Positions 36,495 to 49,022 of a stretch of 64,000 nucleotides of DNA are shown here, in pieces. The notes beneath the pieces are model-generated. The model was given only the letters and a program-made list of their open reading frames with translations, did not search any database and was not told the DNA's origin. Source of the stretch: Macrostomum hystrix. Its lineage: Eukaryota; Animalia; Platyhelminthes. Where the stretch lies: positions 4,340,001 to 4,404,000 of the forward strand of contig CATNEN010000029.1 of NCBI GenBank assembly GCA_950097015.1, read 5' to 3'. Each line of letters opens with the position of its first letter. Position 1 is the stretch's first letter. Made by a program: the position numbers and the translations under genes.

Positions 36495-39400
36495 ATCATT
36501 CTGAATCTGGGAATCTGGGAAAGTGTCATTCAGAATCAAACAAAGAATCATTCAGAATCTTCGAAAGTGTCATTCAGAATCTTCGAAAGTGTCATTCAGA
36601 AGCTGAGAAAGTGTCATTCAGAAGCTGAGAAAGTGTCATTCATAAGCTGAGAAAGTGTCATTCAGAAGCTGAGAAAGTGTCATTCATAAGCTGAGAAAGT
36701 GACATTCAGAAGCTGAGACAGTGTCATTCAGAAGCTGAGAAAGTGTCATTCATAAGCTGAGAAAGTGACATTCAGAAGATGAGAAAGTGACATTCAGAAG
36801 CTGAGAAAGTGACATTCAGAAGCTGAGAAAGTGACATTCAGAAGCTGAGAAAGTGACATTCAGAAGCTGAGAAAGTGACATTCAGAAGCTGAGAAAGTGA
36901 CATTCAGAAGCTGAGAAAGTGACATTCATAAGCTGAGAAAGTGTCATTCAGAATCTTTGAAAGTGTCATTCAGAATCTTGGAAAGTGTCATTCAGAATCT
37001 TGTAAAGTGTCATTCAGAATCTTTGAAAGTGTTATTCAGAATCTGGAAGGTGTCATTCAGAATCTGGGAAAGTGTCATTCAGAATCTGGAAGGTGTCATT
37101 CAGAATCTGGGAAATGTCATTCAGAATCTTTGAAAGTGTCATTCAAAATCTGGAAGGTGTCATTCAGAATCTGGGAAAGTGTCATTCAGAATCTTTGAAA
37201 GTGTCATTTAGAATCTGGAAGGTGTCATTCAGAATCAAACAAAGAATCATTCAGAATCTTCGAAAGTGTCATTCAGAAGCTGAGAAAGTGTCATTCATAA
37301 GCTGAGAAAGTGTCATTCAGAAGCTGAGAAAGTGTCATTCAGAAGCTGAGAAAGTGTCATTCATAAGCTGAGAAAGTGACACTCAGAAGCTGAGAAAGTG
37401 TCATTCATAAGCTGAGAAAGTGACATTCAGAAGCTGAGAAAGTGACATTCAGAAGCTGAGAAAGTGACATTCAGAAGCTGAGAAAGTGTCATTCATAAGC
37501 TGAGAAAGTGACATTCAGAAGCTGAGAATGTGACATTCAGAAGCTGAGAAAGTGACATTCAGAAGCTGAGAAAGTGACATTCAGAAGCTGAGAAAGTGAC
37601 ATTCAGAAGCTGAGAAAGTGACTTTCATAAGCTGAGAAAGTGTCATTCAGAATCTTTGAAAGTGTCATTCAGAATCTTGGAAAGTGTCATTCAGAATCTT
37701 GGAAAGTGTCATTCAGAATCTTTGAAAGTTTCATTCAGAATCTTGGAAAGTGTCATTCAGAATCTTTGAAAGTGTCATTCAGAATATGGAAGGTGTCATT
37801 CAGAATCTGGAAAATCTCATTCAGAATCTTTGAAAGTGTCATTCAGAATCTTGTAAAGTGTCATTCAGAATCTTGGAAAGTGTCATTCAGAATCTTTGAA
37901 AGTGTTATTCAGAATCTGGAAGGTGTCATTCAGAATCTAGAAAATGTCATTCAGAATCTTTGAAAGTATCATTCAAAATCTGGAAGGTGTCATTCAGAAT
38001 CTGGGAAAGTGTCATGCAGAATCTGGAAGGTGTCATTCAGAATCTTTGAAAGTGTTATTCAGAATCTGGAAGGTGTCATTCAGAATCTGGGAAAGTGTCA
38101 TTCAGAATCTGGAAGGTGTCATTCAGAATCTGGGAAATGTCATTCAGAATCTTTGAAAGTGTCATTCAAAATCTGGAAGGTGTCATTCAGAATCTTTGAA
38201 AGTGTCATTTAGAATCTGGAAGGTGTCATTCAGAATCAAACAAAGAATCATTCAGAATCTTCGAAAGTGTCATTCAGAAGCTGAGAAAGTGTCATTCATA
38301 AGCTGAGAAAGTGTCATTCAGAAGCTGAGAAAGTGTCATTCAGAAGCTGAGAAAGTGTCATTCATAAGCTGAGAAAGTGACACTCAGAAGCTGAGAAAGT
38401 GTCATTCATAAGCTGAGAAAGTGACATTCAGAAGCTGAGAAAGTGACATTCAGAAGCTGAGAAAGTGACATTCAGAAGCTGAGAAAGTGACATTCAGAAG
38501 CTGAGAAAGTGACATTCAGAAGCTGAGAAAGTGTCATTCATAAGCTGAGAAAGTGACATTCAGAAGCTGAGAAAGTGACATTCAGAAGCTGAGAAAGTGA
38601 CATTCAGAAGCTGAGAAAGTGACATTCAGAAGCTGAGAAAGTGACATTCAGAAGCTGAGAAAGTGACTTTCATAAGCTGAGAAAGTGTCATTCAGAATCT
38701 TTGAAAGTGTCATTCAGAATCTTGGAAAGTGTCATTCAGAATCTTGTAAAGTGTCATTCAGAATCTTTGAAAGTTTCATTCAGAATCTTGGAAAGTGTCA
38801 TTCAGAATATGGAAGGTGTCATTCAGAATCTGGAAAATCTCATTCAGAATCTTTGAAAGTGTCATTCAGAATCTTGTAAAGTGTCATTCAGAATCTTGGA
38901 AAGTGTCATTCAGAATCTTTGAAAGTGTTATTCAGAATCTGGAAGGTGTCATTCAGAATCTGGGAAAGTGTCATGCAGAATCTGGAAGGTGTCATTCAGA
39001 ATCTTTGAAAGTGTCATTCAGAATCTTTGAAAGTGTCATTCAGAATCTTTGAAAGTGTCATTCAGAATCTGGGAAAGTGTCATGCAGAATCTGGAAGGTG
39101 TCATTCAGAATCTTTGAAAGTGTCATTCAGAATCTTTGAAAGTGTCATTCAGAATCTTTGAAAGTGTCATTCAGAATCAAACAAAGAATCATTCAGAATC
39201 TTCGAAAGTGTCATTCAGAAGCTGAGAAAGTGTCATTCATAAGCTGAGAAAGTGACATTCAGAAGCTGAGAAAGTGTCATTCATAAGCTGAGAAAGTGAC
39301 ATTCAGAAGCTGAGAAAGTGACATTCAGAAGCTGAGAAAGTGACATTTAGAAGCTGAGAATGTGACATTCAGAAGCTGAGAAAGTGACATTTAGAAGCTG

Positions 39401-40192
39401 AGAATGTGACATTCAGAAGCTGAGAAAGTGACATTTAGAAGCTGAGAAAGTGACATTCAGAATCTTTGAAAGTGTCATTCAGAATCTTGGAAAGTGTCAT
39501 TCAGAATCTTGGAAAGTGTCATTCATAATCTTTGAAAGTGTCATTCAGAATCTGGAAGGTGTCATTCAGAATCTTGGAAAATGTCATTCAGAATATGGAA
39601 GGTGTCATTCAGAATATGGAAAGTGTCATTCAGAATCTTAGAAAATGTCATTCAGAATCTTGGAAAGTGTCATTCAGAATCTTGGAAAGTGTCATTTAGA
39701 ATCTTGGAAAATGTCATTCAGAATCTTGGAAAGTGTCATTCAGAATCTTGGAAAGTGTCATTCAGAATCCGGGAAGGTGTCATTCATAATCTTCGAAAGT
39801 GTCATTTAGAATCTGGAAGGTGTCATTCAGAATCTTGGAAAGTGTCACTCAGAATCTTGGAAAGTGTCATTCAGAATCTTGGAAAATGTCATTCAGAATC
39901 TTGGAAAGTGTCATTCAGAATCTTTGAAAGTGTCATTCAGAATCTGGAAGGTGTCATTCAGAATCTTGGAAAATGTCATTCAGAATATGGAAGGTGTCAT
40001 TCAGAATCTTGGAAAATGTCATTCAGAATCTTGGAAAGTGTCATTCAGAATCTTGGAAAATGTCATTCAGAATCTTGGAAAGTGTCATTCAGAATCTTGT
40101 AAAGTGTCATTTAGAATCTTGGAAAATGTCATTCAGAATCTTGGAAAATGTCATTCAGAATCTTGGAAAGTGTCATTCAGAATCTTGAAAAA
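36495..40192. repeat. 21-22-bp satellite (GAAAGTGTCATTCAGAATCTTT / ...GAAGCTGA), 3.7 kb, alternating subtype blocks
   Basis: Directly visible; marker unit CAAACAAAGAATC at 36537, 37236, 38237 and 39178. Confidence 0.97.
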
Positions 40193-40971
40193 AGTCAGCT
40201 AGATATTTTTTATGTGTCTGATGAATTCTGGAAACAAATTTAACACATAGTTTGTGTCTTCACTGGCTATACAGTGTCCGGAGTGTATTTGTCCCAAAAG
40301 TGCTTGACCCATTTAGTTACAAGTGTTTAAATATAGTCATAGTTAGTGTGGAAGTGAGCAGTGGGTGAATATCACTAGCGTCTGACACGCGGGACTCAGA
40401 TTTCGTCGGATGCTCAAAAAATGTCGAATGACAATTCGCAAGCTTTGGATGCGCCCCGTTGGCTACAAAAACCGCTGCAGCCTACAACCCCATTACCCCC
40501 TCCCCCCAGCCTCATATCCTCATCCTCCGCCCTGCTCCTCAAATTACTCGCTTCCTGTTCCGCTAAAAAATGAGCGAAAAATGAACAAAAACACATAGAA
40601 GAAATGCTGCCTGTTGGGAGAGAGGAAAAGAGATGGGAAGAGAGAGAGGGGAGATAGGGTAATTATGCCCCTGGCAGAGGGGCGACAATTATCCCTCCCT
40701 AGCCTCCCTATCCCCGCCATCTAGCAGAACTCCCGTCTGCTTTGCAAGCCTTCACTATCCTGAGCTGCCCGACCGGCCCCCTGTTCGAGCACTGAGCAAC
40801 CTGGACTGGCTGTGCTATCAGCTGTAGCTCGCATCAGCAAAAAAATGCTATTCAATGTTAAAAATGTAAAGAAATTCGTTCAGAACTTTTGAATACTCGA
40901 CTAACGTTAGATTTTATTTTCTATAATACTTTCCCTTGAAAGAATTATCAGATTTGTGGTCGAAAGCCTCA

Positions 40972-41522
40972 TTCGGTATTCTAGGAAAGTGTCATTTGGA
41001 ATTCTAGGAAAGTGTCATTCGGAATTCTAAGAAAGTGTCATTCGGAGTTCTAAGAAAGTCTCATTCGGAATTCTAGGAAAGTGTCATTCGGAATTCTAGG
41101 AAAGTGTCATTCGGAGTTCTAAGAAAATGTCATTCGGAATTCTAGGAAAGTGTCGTTCGGAATTCTAAGAAAGTGTCATTCGGAATTCTAAGAAGTGCCA
41201 TTCAAAACTCTAAGAAGTGCCATTCAAAATTCTAAGAAAGTGTTACTTGGAATTTTAAGAAAGCGTCATTCGGAATTCTTGGAAAGTGTCTGTTGGAATT
41301 TTAGGAAAGTGTCTGTTGGAATTCTTGGAAAGTGTCTGTTGGAATTTTAGGAAAGTGTCTGTTGGAATTTTAGGAAAGTGTCTGTTGGAATTTAAGGAAA
41401 GTGTCTGTTGGAATTTTAGGAAAGTGTCTGTTGGAATTTTTGGAAAGTGTCTGTTGGAATTCAAAGAAATTCTCATTCGGAATTCGTGGAAAAGTCTTTT
41501 TTATCTAAGAAAGTGTCATTCG
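40972..41522. repeat. 23-bp minisatellite (GGAAAGTGTCATTCGGAATTCTA, then GGAAAGTGTCTGTTGGAATTTTA)
   Basis: Directly visible; shares GAAAGTGTCATTC with the 36.5-40.2 kb array. Confidence 0.9.
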
Positions 41523-41990
41523 TAATTCAAGAATTCGAGACAAACTAAATCGAAAATAATTTAACGGTTTAGTTTTTAACAAAATTTTCTCAAATTAAAA
41601 AAGCGAACGGTTTCGCCAGAATAAATTCTTGGTAATAATGTTACAATTTTATTTGTTATCATCGAAGCAAACTTAAATGCACAACAAGGTTAAGTGGGGA
41701 AAATCGGAAAAATGGTATCGCTTGCTGGAATTGAAAAATATGAAGTAGTTTATTTGCGCAAAAATATTTATTTATTAACAACATAACACAAAGTGGAAAT
41801 ATACAAAACGCTCATCGTTCGTTCTACTATAAGTAGAGAGTCGTAGAACCGGGCAATATTTTAGTGACTGTTATCTTTCGTAAGCGCCAACTAATCCTGT
41901 CGAAAATAAATTATTTGCATAGCTTAGTATTTTCAGTAGCTTGAAGCGTTTATTACGCTAAATGAGAGATTATCTATAAAAAAGCTGACT

Positions 41991-42229
41991 CTAAGTGACA
42001 GTGCCATAGAGACTGGAGGCCTTCAGCTGGCCGAATTCTTCGATTGCCGCAGCGGCCTCCGCTGTGAGCTCTTCGCGGCGGCGCGCCTGTTCGTCCTTCA
42101 AACCGTCAGCCGGCTGCTGACGCTGGGAGCCGCCGCGCGAGATTACCCAGGCGTGGCAAAGTACATCGATGGCTGTTAGCCGGGCTGATTTGTCCACCAC
42201 TAGCAGCCGGTCAATCAGATCTTTGGCGT
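41991..42229 (-). CDS. DCLK3: DCLK3-type kinase, last exon
   Basis: AKDLIDRLLVVDKSARLTAIDVLCHAWV...TAG; GGCCAG| acceptor, phase 1. Confidence 0.92.
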
Positions 42230-42279
42230 CTGGCCAAATGATAACAATGGAATATTATTTGGGGAGTATTGGGCGACCT

Positions 42280-42885
42280 TGACCTTGAGTGAATATGAGT
42301 GACCTTGAGTGATCATGAGTGGCATTGAGTGAATATGAGTGACCTTGAGTGATCATGAGTGGCATTGAGTGAATATGAGTGACCTTGAGTGACTATATGA
42401 GTGACCATGAGGGTATATGAGTCACCTTGAGTGGATATTAGTGACCTTGAGAGAATATGAGTGACCATGAGTGAATATGAGTGACCTTGAGTGAATATGA
42501 GTGACCTTAAGTGACCTCGAGTGAATATGAGTGACCTCGAGTGACTATATGAGTGACCTTGAGGGTATATGAGTGACTTTGAGTGAATATTAGTGACCTT
42601 GAGTGACCTTGAGGGTATATGAGTGACCTTGAGGGTACTCATATACCTCCCATATATTATCTCTAATACTGGCATGAGTGACCTTGAGTGAATATGAGTG
42701 ACCTTGAGTGAATATGAGTGACCTTGAGTGAATATGAGTGACCTTGAGTGACCTTGAGTGAATATGAGTGACCTTGAGTGAATATGAGTGACCTTGAGTG
42801 AATATGAGTGACCTTGAGTGAATATGAGTGACCTTGAGTGAATATGAGTGACCTTGAGTGAATATGAGTGACCTTAAGTGAACCT
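42280..42885. repeat. 20-bp minisatellite (GAGTGACCTTGAGTGAATAT), DCLK intron 5
   Basis: Directly visible. Confidence 0.92.
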
Positions 42886-43183
42886 GAGAGTGGTCTCATG
42901 AGAAACTGGGTTGAGTTAATATTGAGTTAATCAGATCGAGTGACCAGAGAATAAAAGCGAATGACATTAAGTGATTCTGAGAGAAAATATAGTGTAAAAA
43001 GAATCTAAAAGAAAAACTAATTCAGATTTACTTTTGAATGAATCAACTAAATTTGAGTGATTCCGCATGACCTTGAGGGAACCCGATCGACTTATAGCGT
43101 GTGACATTGACCGACAAATCAGACAAAAAACTAATAACTGAATCGCTTAAAGTGCAGACAAATACCATATGAGGATTACTCAC

Positions 43184-43351
43184 GCGCAGACACGTGATCC
43201 CAGTAGGGGCTGAGGTACTCAAAGTCGCCAGTCTTGATTAACTGGAATAGTTCGGACTGCCGTCTGTCGCGACTGCGAAACGGCGGGAAGCCGCACAGCA
43301 GAATGTAGGCGATGACGCCGAGTGCCCACAGATCCACTTCCAGGCCGTAGC
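43184..43351 (-). CDS. DCLK3: DCLK3-type kinase, exon 5
   Basis: [52 protein letters not shown]; canonical splice sites, phases consistent. Confidence 0.95.
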
Positions 43352-43404
43352 CTGTGGAATAGTTCGCGACAATAGCACTTGATTTATGCACTCGTATGCT
43401 CTAG

Positions 43405-44530
43405 AGAGGGAAACACGCTAGCATCTAGAGGCAACCCACTAATATCTAGAGGCAACCTTCTAGTCTCTAGAGGCAACCCTCTAGTATCTAAAGGCAACCC
43501 ACTAGTATCTAAAGGCAACCCACTAGTACCTAGAGCCAACCTACTAGCGTATAAAGCCAACCTATTAGCTAGCATCTTGAGGCAACCCACAAGTGTCTAG
43601 AGGCAACCCACTAGTCTCTAGAGGCAACCCACAAGTGTCTAGAGGCAACCCACTAGTCTCTAGAGGCAACCCACAAGTGTCTAGAGGCAACCCACTAGTC
43701 TCTAGAGGCAACCCGCTAGTCTCTAGAGGCAACCCACTAGTATCTAAAGGCAACCCACTAGTCTCTAGAGGCAACCCACAAGTGTCTAGAGGCAACCCAC
43801 TAGTATCTAGAGGCAACTTACTGGCATATAAAGCCAACCTACTAGCTAGCATCTAAAGGCAACCCACAGGTGTCTTGAGGCAACCCACTAGTATCTAAAG
43901 GCAACCCACTAGTATCTAGAGGCAACCCACTAGTATCTAAAGGCAACCCACTAGTATCTAGAGGCAACCCACTAGTATCTAAAGGCAACCCACTAGTATC
44001 TAGAGGCAACCCGCTAGTCTCTAGAGGCAACCCACTAGTCTCTAGAGGCAACCCACTAGTCTCTAGAGGCAACCCACTAGTATCTAGAGGCAACCCACTA
44101 GTATCTAGAGGCAACCCACTAGTCTCTAGAGGCAACCCACTAGTCTCTAGAGGCAACCCACTAGTATCTAGAGGCAACCCACTAGTATCTAGAGGCAACC
44201 CACTAGTCTCTAGAGGCAACCCGCTAGTCTCTAGAGGCAACCCACTAGTCTCTAGAGGCAACCCACTAGTCTCTAGAGGCAACCCGCTAGTCTCTAGAGG
44301 CAACCCAATAGTCTCTAGAGGCAACCCACTAGTATCTAGAGCCAACCCGCTAGTCTCTAGAGGCAACCCAATAGTCTCTAGAGGCAACCCACTAGTATCT
44401 AGAGCCAACCCGCTAGTCTCTAGAGGCAACCCAATAGTCTCTAGAGGCAACCCACTAGTATCTAGAGCCAACCCAATAGTCTCTAGAGCCAACCCACTAG
44501 TCTCTAGAGGCGATCCATTAGTTTCTAGAG
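43405..44530. repeat. 21-bp minisatellite (TCTAGAGGCAACCCACTAGTC), ~53 copies, DCLK intron 4
   Basis: Directly visible. Confidence 0.96.
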
Positions 44531-44668
44531 AAAAGTTGCGCCTCACTGAGGAGCATGTCAAATCACATCATGAACTGTTGCCAAAGTCCAAATGAGTGCG
44601 CAAAAAGAGAGCCGATCTAGCTTGTTGTCATTGACAACATGATGCTTAATTTACAGTTTTGAAGGATC

Positions 44669-44671
<3 letters not shown>

Positions 44672-44700
<29 letters not shown>
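44672..44700. repeat. (GA)n microsatellite
   Basis: About 14 GA units. Confidence 0.9.
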
Positions 44701-45324
44701 CAGAGAATCGGCCCCACTGGCGGAACTGCCAGACAATGGCAGCAGCTGCTGCCGCTGCCGCCACGCCCCCAAAGAGATGCTCAGTTTAAGCAGTTTATCT
44801 CTTGCCCTCTATGACTTGAAAAAATCTAACCCTTTGCAAGAAGAAGAGCAACTCTTGGCGCTTGGCAACTATTGGCCACGACTTCCTGGCTTTGCTGGCT
44901 TGTGCAAGAAAATTTTTCAACAGGAACAGAGCGCAGTCTCAGGTGGGTGGACTTGATTAGGCAGATAGGTACTGTAATGTGTATAATGCTTCCACAATTT
45001 GCGTGTATGAATCACGTGGGCGGTTGCCAGCAGGTCTTCTGTAAGGGTTTATAATACGACTGTACGTGGGAATACTGCTAAGCCGGAGAGGTCGCGAGTT
45101 CGAATCTCAGAAGACTCAGAAATCTCAGAAAATCTTGAAGTGCATATTGCTATAGATAGTTAAAATAAAATAACTTTAGCTAGTAGCAAAACATCAACAG
45201 CTTCACTGTTAGACTCTGTTTTTATCACTCGAATCCAACAGAATCCAACACAAGGTAGGACCGCCTTCCTTCTTTCTCTGAGCCTCTCTAATCCCTCAAA
45301 GCAGGTCACGTCGTTTCCTCTCAC

Positions 45325-45457
45325 CTGTCTCCGACAAAATCTCCGGCGCCACGTAGGTTGGCGTGCCGCAGACAGTAAAGATGGGGCCGTCAACCTCCAT
45401 GGCTAGGCCGAAGTCGCCCAGCTTCAAGCTGATCTTGTTATCCTTGCTGCGATAAAC
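45325..45457 (-). CDS. DCLK3: DCLK3-type kinase, exon 4 (DFG-APE)
   Basis: [45 protein letters not shown]; GACAG| and G|GTGAGA. Confidence 0.95.
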
Positions 45458-45531
45458 CTGTCAATTCAAATTGAAATTTTATTAACAAGCTTGCCTGGTA
45501 AACACCCAAAAATAAATAAGGTGGTTAATGA

Positions 45532-45551
45532 GAATCCCACCGCTGCCACCA
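45532..45551 (-). other. Orphan tRNA-Leu PBS (20-nt match including CCA), probable LTR-element remnant
   Basis: Plus strand GAATCCCACCGCTGCCACCA; on the minus strand it is preceded by ...GTCA-CT, a canonical LTR-end/PBS junction. Confidence 0.65.
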
Positions 45552-46203
45552 AGTGACTTTCCTAAAACATACTACGAAGTATGGAAGAGATATTTCCACA
45601 TGCTTCAGCTGGGCACACCGTCACAGTCACTTATTTGCAGCTCATTATTCTGTGCTCAAAGCAGCAAAAAAACAAAGAGGCGAATGAAGCCAACTCACTG
45701 GTTGCCATGGGAACCAGTTGAAGCTAATAAACTGAATGGTTGGCAATTTCGGATCTAAAGGGGAAACAACCTGGAGCGGTTGGAGATTGGAAGAAGGGTA
45801 GGGAAAGGAAAAGAGTAGGAGTAATGAAGTTGCAGTTGCTGTGGGCGCGGGTCCAGTGCTCGCAAGGGTTGAGAGGGCTGATTGGGGAAAGGAGTAGGGC
45901 ATGGAGCTAGTGGAGGCAACGACAAAGGAAAAAGCTGGACTCCCGCTGGCTAAGCCAAGAAACAATGAACTTTTAACTCTCTCTTCTTCTCTTTTTTTCC
46001 AAGAAGTGTTTTTGAGCAAGCATTCAGTTCTGTCGGGTGCCCACAGCAGCAGCAGCAGCAGCAGCAAACTGCTAATGCTGCCAGTACATAATAAGCAAAC
46101 GCAATGAACATTTTGACAGCATTTTGACAGAATGTTTGACAACATTCAGTTCTGTTAAAACTACATAAATTACAGAAGCACACTGACAGCCTCCTTAGCT
46201 CAC

Positions 46204-47397
46204 CAGCAGGTTCTCCGGCTTCAAGTCCCTGTGCACAATGCGCCTACTGTGCAAATAGTGCAGAGCGCTTGCAACATCTGCCACCATGCTGGACGCTTGA
46301 ATCTCGTTGAATTTCACCACTTGGCTGATTGCGTCGAACAGGTCTCCGCCCTTCACCAGCTCCATGATGAGGTAGATCTCAGTCTTGGTCTCGTATTCGT
46401 CCAGTAAGCGTACAATGTTCGGATGACGACAAAGCCGCATGACGCGGACTTCGTTCAGCACCATGTGCTCCTTGCCTTTTAGCTTCTTCTTGTCGATAAC
46501 CTTGGCGGCGTATTCGTTGCCGCTGTCCCGTTTTACGCAGGCTCTCACAACGGCGAAGTTTCCGTCGCCCAGATTCCGGCCGAGGTCGTAACGCTCCAGA
46601 ACATAGCGAGTCGACGAGATCGGACGGATCAGGGGCCGCCTAGAAGCTGCGGACAGCCTCGCCGTTGCCTCCGTCGCAGCTTCAGCGGCCGCTTCGGCAA
46701 CAACCTCTTCGCGAACCGGCGACAGCGGCGCGGGAGTTGCTGCCTCGACTTCATCTTCCTCCCCGATTGTCTCCGATACTGAAGGCTCATCGGACATTGC
46801 TACTCGGGGTAGCACAACTGGCTCTAATTGTTGTTGTTGCTGCTGCTGCTGCTGGGTATCTTTTGTTGCCTCGTCCTCAGCTGTCGGCTGCACCGGTGTC
46901 GGCGGCTCTTCGGCAGCGTCGGCCCGACCAGCCCCGATAGGCGGCAGCACGGCGTGCGCCCTCGGGAATTCCCGCTTCGCCGCTGCTGCCTCCGCTGCCG
47001 CCTCGGCGGCCGCCTGTCGCTCGCGCGCTCGTCGTTCCGCTTCGGCCAGCGCTTCGGCCAGGGCGGCCGCTTCCGAGGCCTCGGCCGCATCCGCCGAGTT
47101 GCGCAGCAGCGGCAGCGGCTGATGCCGCTTTGCCACCGCCCGTGGCTGTTGCTGCTTCTGATTCTCTCTAACACTGGCCAGGGCTTGAAGATCTGAATCA
47201 TCGTAGCCGCTGTCCCGTTCATCAGTGCCTGGCAAACGCTGCTGCTGCTGCTGCTGCTGCTGCCGGCGCGGCTGCTGCCGGTGCTGCAGCAGTTGCTGTC
47301 GACGCATCTGTCTTCGTTTCAGTCGGCGCTCCCAGTCGCGCAGAAGGCTGCGCACTCCAGGATTGCCAGGATACAGCTCCTCAAGTAGGTCCTCCAC
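46204..47397 (-). CDS. DCLK3: DCLK3-type kinase, exon 3 (Q/A/E-rich linker and kinase N-lobe to HRD)
   Basis: LGDGNFAVV, YAAKVIDK, HRDLKPENLL; GGCAG| and |GTGAGC, phase 0. Confidence 0.95.
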
Positions 47398-47754
47398 CTG
47401 CCAGAATGTCAATCAGAGGCTACTTCTAAAAACTTTTCGCAACTTAAACTTCTTAAGCGATAAGAAACTCAAGAAAGTAAATCTCTAATTATTACGATTA
47501 TCTAGAATTTATGTATCTATATTTTAATAAAAAATCATTCAGTAATCAAGGTTTTAAATTCGTATTCAACTTCCTAACTGTCGATGAATTCTACAAATAA
47601 TGAAAGAGATTTATTTAGAATTTAGAAATCAATTTTTCTTTCTAAGAGATTTTTTACCCAATTCTAATATGTCGGGAGCTCGAATCTCAGCGAATCCTAG
47701 CGGCTCAGTTCACCCAGCTTACAATGCCTCTCAGTGACAAAGTCGATCACAAAC

Positions 47755-48088
47755 CTGCGACAGCTCGATTGTTTCTTCCACGCAGCCGACAAACAGGTCG
47801 TCCTCGCGAAACAGATCGCCGACATCGCGGACCTCCCGTCCGGCGATGGTGTAGATTTTCTTCAGTCGTTCCCGGCGGCCGCGCGAGCCGCCGAACGAGT
47901 CGGACACGTCGGCCAGGAGTTGGGCGAATGATTGAATACCGCGACGATTCAGTAGCATCTTGACGACCTGGCGCGGTCGGGCGCCCTCCTTTACCACGGT
48001 AACAAGGCGAGGCTGACGAAGAGTGGGCTGCTGCTGCTGCTGCTGCTGCTGTGAATGTTGCTGAAGTTTGCGCTGCAAGCTGATGCTT

Positions 48089-48124
<36 letters not shown>

Positions 48125-48355
48125 GCTGTCTGCTGCTGCAATTGAAGCTGCTGCTGCTGACGAATGCGCTGGTGCTTTAAGTATCGAGACGGCGGAAAGG
48201 CATTGTAGCCAGCGAATAGCGACTGCGACTGCGGCTGCGCCAGCTGCGGCGGCTGCGGCGGAGCCGGCGGCAAAGGCCGATGCGGCTGCTGGCTGGCCTG
48301 CGAGTCTCGCCGGCCTGCGGATGGTGGAACAAAACCGGAGCTGTGACCGCCGCCT
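47755..48355 (-). CDS. DCLK3: DCLK3-type kinase, exon 2 (polyQ and divergent second DCX domain); 5' boundary uncertain
   Basis: PRLVTVVKEGARPRQVVKMLLNRRGIQSFAQLLADVSDSF...IYTIAGREV is DCX-like; donor CAG|GTTTGT in phase with exon 3. Confidence 0.85.
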
Positions 48356-48387
48356 CTAGCAATATAATCTCATGACAAGCCTTTGGT

Positions 48388-48563
48388 GGGCAATGGCACA
48401 TCATTTGGTGACACTAGACCCGCTGCCATAGAGGAGGCAATTCTGCCCATTCCGCTGACTCCTGAGCACACACGCACACAGATACCGACACACTCACTCA
48501 GGTCAGTGTACACTCTCACTGTGCTGTGCCTTGAAAGTTGGCCCTCAATAGCGTGAATTGCAC
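48388..48563. repeat. Dispersed repeat, copy A (copy B at 59409-59566)
   Basis: Shared GGGCAATGGC.CATCATTT.GTGACACTAGACC, CTCCTGAGCACACACGCAC and GTTGGCCCTCAATAGCGT.AA. Confidence 0.8.
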
Positions 48564-49022
48564 AAGCCAACGAGCCTTGCGAGTAGCAAAAGCTTAGGCC
48601 GCTCACTAATCCCCTTTTCTGTCACCTTCGTAGATCCGTGTAAAAACGGTTGTGTCATTTCAGAGGCTTTAACAGTAGAGAGACCCGCTATTTCTCCCCT
48701 GGGGAAGGACTACAGGGGGGATTTGAAATACCCACTGCCTACTTCACGATAGCTCCAAAACCGAATGGCCGATTTACTTGAAAGTGCACCGGATGGATCA
48801 AAATTTTCTGCTATTTATACAACGAACAAACTTGCTTTTTTGGCAGGTGTAAGCAAACTATACCTTTTTGCTTCCTATTTGGCTTTTTCATCATTCAAAT
48901 TGGTGCGTGCCCGTCAGCAGTCTGACGTGGCAGCGTAGTAGAGATTCTGCATAGACAAACCATAGAAAGCCATAGACAACAGAAATCAATTTGGTCTTAA
49001 CTGCGAGCAATTTGGGCCATAG

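Noticed and set aside
40211-40248. Hammerhead-ribozyme-like TATGTGT-CTGATGA-ATTCTG-GAAAC-AAATTTA-ACACATA
   Set aside because: Stem I and the core words are present, but stem II cannot form and stem III has a C-U mismatch. CTGATGA in the 30-bp array has no GAAA partner.
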